Source: an uncultured Muribaculaceae bacterium (GTDB taxonomy: Bacteria > Bacillota_I > Bacilli_A > RF39 > UBA660). Taken from it: a stretch of DNA of 64,000 bases. The notes below the pieces were generated by a model. The model was not told the origin of the DNA. It made no database searches and worked only from the letters and a program-made list of their open reading frames with translations. Below, piece by piece: positions 59,651 through 64,000 of the stretch; the stretch's first letter is position 1, and every line of letters begins with the position of its first letter. The DNA lies in the NCBI GenBank assembly GCA_964369845.1, contig CAYJFJ010000001.1:42044-106043 (forward strand), read 5' to 3'. A program made the position numbers and the translations under genes.

Positions 59651-60001
59651 TTTGGGAAGATGACAAATTTGACGGGCTTTTTGGCTGTCCGTCACCCGAC
59701 TTTTGTAAAATAATGTTTTGCATACTTTATATGCTATTAGTCAAATAGTGGAAAAAAATTTATAGAGATAAATGAATTCGTAAAGAAGAATTTTTACGCT
59801 GCGGAATGTGATAAATAGTTAGTGATTCAGAGGCTTTTTTATTGATGTCTACCAATTGGGGTTCACATTAATTTATAAGTCTCTTTTTATTAAATAAAAA
59901 GATGAGAGTAAAAAACTTACCACCATCAAAAATTATACAATCTAAATGACCTTGTTATTTATGTTTTTATTTGTTAAAATACATATGAAGTTGGTGAAGT
60001 A

Positions 60002-61180
60002 GTGAAAAAAGTAATAATAATTAAATATGGAGAACTTAGTACTAAGGGTGGTAATTTAAATTTCTTTTTAAAGAAACTAAAGAATAATATAGAAAATCAG
60101 TTAAAAGGTTTAGAATTTAAAATAAATTATGATCATGGAAGAATGTTTATTGAAACATTTGATTTTGATAAAGTAATGGAAAAATTAGTTAAAGTATTTG
60201 GAATACATGAAATAAATGTTGGATATTTACTTGATACTAATAATTTAGATGAAGTAAAATCATTTTTACTTGAAAAAGTAGCAGAAAAGAGTTTTAATAC
60301 ATTTAAAGTCGAAACAAAAAGAAATTATAAACAGTATCCACTTGATAGTATGGCTATTTCTAGAAGTATAGGTGGACATATTCTTAAAAACATAAAAGAT
60401 ATTACTGTTGATGTACACAGTCCAGACCTTAAAATAAATATTGAAGTTAGAAAAGAAGAAACTGTAATATATTTTGATAAAGTAAAAGGTTTAGGTGGTT
60501 ACCCAGTAGGAACGCAGGGAAGAGGTTTACTAATGCTTTCTGGAGGAATAGACTCACCAGTGGCAGGTTACCTTGCAATTAAAAGAGGAATAGCTCTAGA
60601 TGCTGTTTATTTTGATTCTCCGCCACACACAAGTGAAAAAGCAAAAGATAAAGTTAAAAGACTTGCTAAAAAATTAAAAGAATATGATTTAACAACTGGA
60701 ATGTATATTGTGAATTTTACTAAGATGCAAGAAGAAATACTTAAGAATATAGATCATGAATATTTAATAACAATAATGAGAAGAATGATGTATAGAATAA
60801 CTGAAAGAATTTGTTTAAGACATAAAATGCATATAATAGTAAATGGTGAATCTATTGGTCAAGTAGCTAGTCAAACACTTACAAGTATGAAAGCAATTAA
60901 TGAAGTAGTTAAACTTCCTGTAATAAGACCTGTAGCATGTTTAGATAAACTTGAAATAATAGAGCTTGCTAAAAAAATAGGAACTTATGAGACAAGTATA
61001 GAACCATTTGAAGACTGCTGCACGATATTTGTACCAAAGCATCCAGTTATAAATCCTGAAATAAAAAAATGTGTAGAATTTGAAAAACAAATAAATTGGG
61101 AAGAATTAATAAATGAAATAATGAGTAATATTGAATACATTTCTCTAAAAGAAGAAAAAGTATATTCAGATATATTATAA
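60002..61180 (+). CDS. thiI: tRNA 4-thiouridine(8) synthase ThiI
   Basis: THUMP domain and PP-loop motif LMLSGGIDSPVAGY. Confidence 0.85.
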   Translation: MKKVIIIKYGELSTKGGNLNFFLKKLKNNIENQLKGLEFKINYDHGRMFIETFDFDKVMEKLVKVFGIHEINVGYLLDTNNLDEVKSFLLEKVAEKSFNTFKVETKRNYKQYPLDSMAISRSIGGHILKNIKDITVDVHSPDLKINIEVRKEETVIYFDKVKGLGGYPVGTQGRGLLMLSGGIDSPVAGYLAIKRGIALDAVYFDSPPHTSEKAKDKVKRLAKKLKEYDLTTGMYIVNFTKMQEEILKNIDHEYLITIMRRMMYRITERICLRHKMHIIVNGESIGQVASQTLTSMKAINEVVKLPVIRPVACLDKLEIIELAKKIGTYETSIEPFEDCCTIFVPKHPVINPEIKKCVEFEKQINWEELINEIMSNIEYISLKEEKVYSDIL

Positions 61181-61476
61181 ATAAAATAAAATCATCCATA
61201 ATAAAAATGGGTGATTTTTTATGAAAGAAGAAAGTAATTGTTATAAAGGATATGATTTTACTAATACTAACAAGAGTAGTAAATTAAGAGAAGAATATTT
61301 TAATCCTTATGGTTATAACTTAGAATCTACAGGAAGAAATATAGTAGATGTAAATTATAAATGTACACATACTAATCAAAATAATAAAATAAAATAAAAG
61401 TTTTGTCTAGTTTTGTAGAAAATATTGAAAATAAAAATAATGAGTATATAATAACGCCTTAGAAAGGAATATTTAT

Positions 61477-62370
61477 ATGTCATTAACAAGTGATCCAGTG
61501 TTTAAAATATTTTTTAAAAGAGATGTAAAAAGACTAGAATTTATAATAAATGAAATAACAAATTTGAATATATCTAAAGAAGATATAGTATTTAGTGATA
61601 CAGAGGTAATGGGAAGTTTTGATGATACGAAAGTATCTAGACTTGATTTACATGTAACACTTAAGTCTGGAGAAAAAGTATATATTGAAATGCAAAATGT
61701 AAAAGAAAAACATATTGTAGAAAGAATAGGATATTATTCGTCTAAATTAATTACTGATCAAGTAAAGAAGGGGGATAATTATTTAAGAGTAAAAAAAGTT
61801 TATTCGATTTTCTTTATTAATTATAAAAATTCAAGGTATCCAGATTTGTTTACAAAGCTAGTAGTCTATGATAAAATTAACTCAAAAGAAGAAGATGCAC
61901 TTTGGGAAAATAATATAATCAATTTAACTAAGATAAATAGTAATACTTATTTTGGCGAAAAAATGATGGATTTTCTAAAATTTATGGTAGCATCATCTGA
62001 TGAGGAGATGGAAATAATGGCAAGAGATAGTGAAGAATTAGAAGAGATTTATCAAACATATAAAGACATTACAGCAGATGATGAAATAAGAGCATACATT
62101 TGGGCTAGAGATAAATATGAAATAGATAAATCAGCACACTTAGAATATGCACGAATGGATGGACATGAACAAGGTCTTAAAGAAGGGCGAGAAGAAGGTC
62201 TAGAACAAGGAATTGAACAAGGAATTGAACAAGGAATTGAACAAGGAATTGAACAAGGGAAAATAGAAGTTATTAAAAGTATGATACAAAATGGAGTAGA
62301 TGTTGCAGTTATAGAAAAAACAACTAATTATACAATTTCAGAAATAGAAAAGCTAAAAAAAGAAATTTGA
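61477..62370 (+). CDS. Rpn/YhgA-like (PDDEXK_7, TIGR01784-type) recombination-promoting nuclease with a C-terminal GIEQ tandem repeat
   Basis: N-terminus MSLTSDPVFKIFFK (DxxFKxxF signature). C-terminal region EQGIEQGIEQGIEQGIEQG, encoded by a 12-bp repeat x4 at 62209..62256. Confidence 0.7.
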   Translation: MSLTSDPVFKIFFKRDVKRLEFIINEITNLNISKEDIVFSDTEVMGSFDDTKVSRLDLHVTLKSGEKVYIEMQNVKEKHIVERIGYYSSKLITDQVKKGDNYLRVKKVYSIFFINYKNSRYPDLFTKLVVYDKINSKEEDALWENNIINLTKINSNTYFGEKMMDFLKFMVASSDEEMEIMARDSEELEEIYQTYKDITADDEIRAYIWARDKYEIDKSAHLEYARMDGHEQGLKEGREEGLEQGIEQGIEQGIEQGIEQGKIEVIKSMIQNGVDVAVIEKTTNYTISEIEKLKKEI

Positions 62371-62418
62371 AAATAATTTCTTTTTTTATAGATAAATAGA
62401 GGAAAATTTAGTATAATT

Positions 62419-63615
62419 ATGGAAGGAGTGATTATAAAAATGAAAATATTATCAGTAAACGCAGGTAGCTCATCATTTAAGTTTTCTTTAATGGAATTAC
62501 CTGGAGATAAAGTCTTAGCTAGTGGACTTTTTGAAAAAATAGGACTAGAAGGAAGTTTTTATTCGATTAAATTCGGAGAAGACAAAGTAAAAAAAGAAGT
62601 GGACATGAAAGACCATTCAGTAGCAGTAGCTATTCTAATGGAAGAATTAATTGATTTAAATATAATTTCATCATTAGAAGAAATTGAAGGTGTAGGTCAT
62701 AGAATAGTTCACGGAGGAGATAAATTTACTAAATCAGTAGTATTAACAGAAGAAACAATTGCTGAAATAGAAGAATTTACAGATTTAGCACCTTTACACA
62801 ATCCAGCAAATATTATGGGAATTAGAGCATTTATGACTAAATTACCTGGTGTTCTTAATGTAGGTGTATTCGATACGGCTTTCCACCAAACAATGGAAAG
62901 AGAACATTATTTATATCCAGTGCCATATTCTTGGTATGAAGATTTTGGAGTAAGAAGATATGGATTCCATGGAACAAGTCATAAATATATTAATATGGCA
63001 ATTTCTGAAAAATTAGGAAGAAATGATTTAAAGGTAATAGTATGTCACGTAGGAAACGGAGCATCAGTATCTGCTATAAATGCAGGAAATGTTGTTGATA
63101 CTTCTATGGGATTCACACCACTTCCAGGTCTTATGATGGGAACTCGTTCTGGAGATATAGATCCAAGTATTATCGAGTACATGTGTAAAAAAACTGGAAA
63201 AACAGTAGCAGAAATTACAAACGACTTAAACAAAAAAAGTGGTTTACTAGGCGTATCTTGTTTATCAAGTGATGGTAGAGATATCGAAGATGGAGCTGCA
63301 GAAGGAAATGAAAAATGTATTTTAGCTCAAAATATGTTTTCACAAAAAATTGCTAACTATATAGCAATGTATAACAATATGTTAAATGGAGCAGATGTAA
63401 TTTGTTTAACTGCAGGAGTTGGAGAAAATTCTAAACTAATTAGAGAAATGGTTTTAGAAAGAGTAGAATCATTAGGAATTAAAATTGATGAATCTAAAAA
63501 TGACTTCAGAGGTGAATTTAGAGAAATTACAACAGAAGATTCTAAAATACCAGTGTACGTAGTACCAACTAATGAAGAATTAATGATTGCATTAGAAACT
63601 TTAGAATTAAAATAG
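62419..63615 (+). CDS. ackA: Acetate kinase
   Basis: Segments MKILSVNAGSSSFKFSL and VCHVGNGASVSAI. Confidence 0.9.
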   Translation: MEGVIIKMKILSVNAGSSSFKFSLMELPGDKVLASGLFEKIGLEGSFYSIKFGEDKVKKEVDMKDHSVAVAILMEELIDLNIISSLEEIEGVGHRIVHGGDKFTKSVVLTEETIAEIEEFTDLAPLHNPANIMGIRAFMTKLPGVLNVGVFDTAFHQTMEREHYLYPVPYSWYEDFGVRRYGFHGTSHKYINMAISEKLGRNDLKVIVCHVGNGASVSAINAGNVVDTSMGFTPLPGLMMGTRSGDIDPSIIEYMCKKTGKTVAEITNDLNKKSGLLGVSCLSSDGRDIEDGAAEGNEKCILAQNMFSQKIANYIAMYNNMLNGADVICLTAGVGENSKLIREMVLERVESLGIKIDESKNDFRGEFREITTEDSKIPVYVVPTNEELMIALETLELK

Positions 63616-63620
63616 AAAGA

Positions 63621-64000
63621 GTGTTAAAAATAAAAACTTTATATAAAAAAATATTTAAAATAATAAAAAAATATGACAAAATTGTAATAGCAAGACATGT
63701 AGGACCAGATCCTGATGCCTTAGGCTCACAAATAGCCTTAAGAGATTCAATAAGACTAACATTTCCAAATAAAAATGTAGTCGCAGTAGGAGCTGGAGTT
63801 TCTAAATTTAAATATTTAGGTTCTTTAGATAAAGTTGATGATTTTAAAGCATACGAAGGTGCACTACTTATAGTAGTGGATCTTCCGAACTTTGCTAGAT
63901 TAGATGGAATATATGATTTATCATATGATGCAATTTTAAAAATAGACCATCATCCTGCTGAAGATATAATTGGAGATGTTGATTGGACTGATGATAGTAA
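63621..64000 (+). CDS. nrnA: DHH-family NrnA-like oligoribonuclease/pAp phosphatase. Partial: it continues past the window. A GTG start is proposed.
   Basis: Segments IVIARHVGPDPDALGSQ and KIDHHPAED. The only in-frame start candidate is the GTG at 63621. Its SD spacing is poor, so the start is uncertain. Confidence 0.5.
   Translation, partial: MLKIKTLYKKIFKIIKKYDKIVIARHVGPDPDALGSQIALRDSIRLTFPNKNVVAVGAGVSKFKYLGSLDKVDDFKAYEGALLIVVDLPNFARLDGIYDLSYDAILKIDHHPAEDIIGDVDWTDDS

Noticed and set aside
61221-61397. 58-aa small ORF after thiI
   Set aside because: Its start codon overlaps the T-tract of the thiI terminator. Its composition is N/K-rich and low-complexity. I kept it only as a remote possibility.
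62419-63615. Possible alternative genetic code (Mycoplasma-like UGA=Trp) suggested by the very low GC
   Set aside because: Long uninterrupted ORFs under the standard code, the presence of peptidoglycan and spore genes, and many TGA stops at gene ends argue for translation table 11.
1-64000. CRISPR arrays, IS elements/transposases, integrases and phage structural genes
   Set aside because: I looked for regularly spaced direct repeats, DDE/Y-recombinase motifs and terminal inverted repeats and found none. The only tandem repeats are short in-frame coding repeats: PEEEK, EETNKKD, GIEQ and the dockerin halves.

Overview
This is a low-GC (~27-28%) chromosomal segment from an endospore-forming Firmicute. 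A CotZ/CotY/ExsY-type cysteine-rich coat protein, a SEDS protein and standard-code ORFs support that. The housekeeping backbone follows Bacillus-like synteny: tyrS behind a T-box leader, rpsD, ezrA, a NifS/IscS-like desulfurase, thiI, then ackA and a partial nrnA-like gene. Three kinds of insertion sit inside that backbone.

- A ~30 kb cell-envelope glycopolymer locus (about 4.6-35.8 kb, including roughly 5 kb of surface-protein genes) encodes an LtaS-family enzyme, two LCP ligases, a Wzx flippase, a TagGH-like ABC exporter and rfbA/rfbC. It also encodes a GT4 WecA/TagO-like initiating transferase, several GT1/GT2 transferases, an Alg14/Alg13 split transferase, a Wzy-like polymerase, an MBOAT plus DHHW (AlgJ-like) O-acetylation pair, and an embedded family-1 UDG-like gene.
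- Two adjacent modules look most worth follow-up. The first is a membrane-anchored cohesin-like protein next to an SH3b-glucosaminidase that ends in a tandem dockerin, which suggests a cell-surface cohesin-dockerin tether for a peptidoglycan hydrolase. The second is three tandem secreted proteins with SipW-cognate (TasA/camelysin-class) signal peptides and no adjacent sipW. The first of these is a TasA-like domain fused to CarboxypepD_reg and LysM; the third has highly-expressed-gene codon usage and a strong promoter and terminator.
- An insertion between the desulfurase gene and thiI holds two recently gene-converted paralogous surface proteins. Their C-terminal domains and 3' hairpins are GC-richer than the surroundings, and a decayed gene fragment lies between them.

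Other observations:
- a duplicated ~46-60 bp consensus promoter cassette;
- a palindromic operator in a divergent promoter;
- an Rpn/YhgA-family nuclease with a GIEQ tandem repeat and a possible intragenic C-terminal ORF;
- a tRNA-Gly(GCC);
- several small unannotated ORFs.

I saw no CRISPR array, transposase or prophage structural gene.
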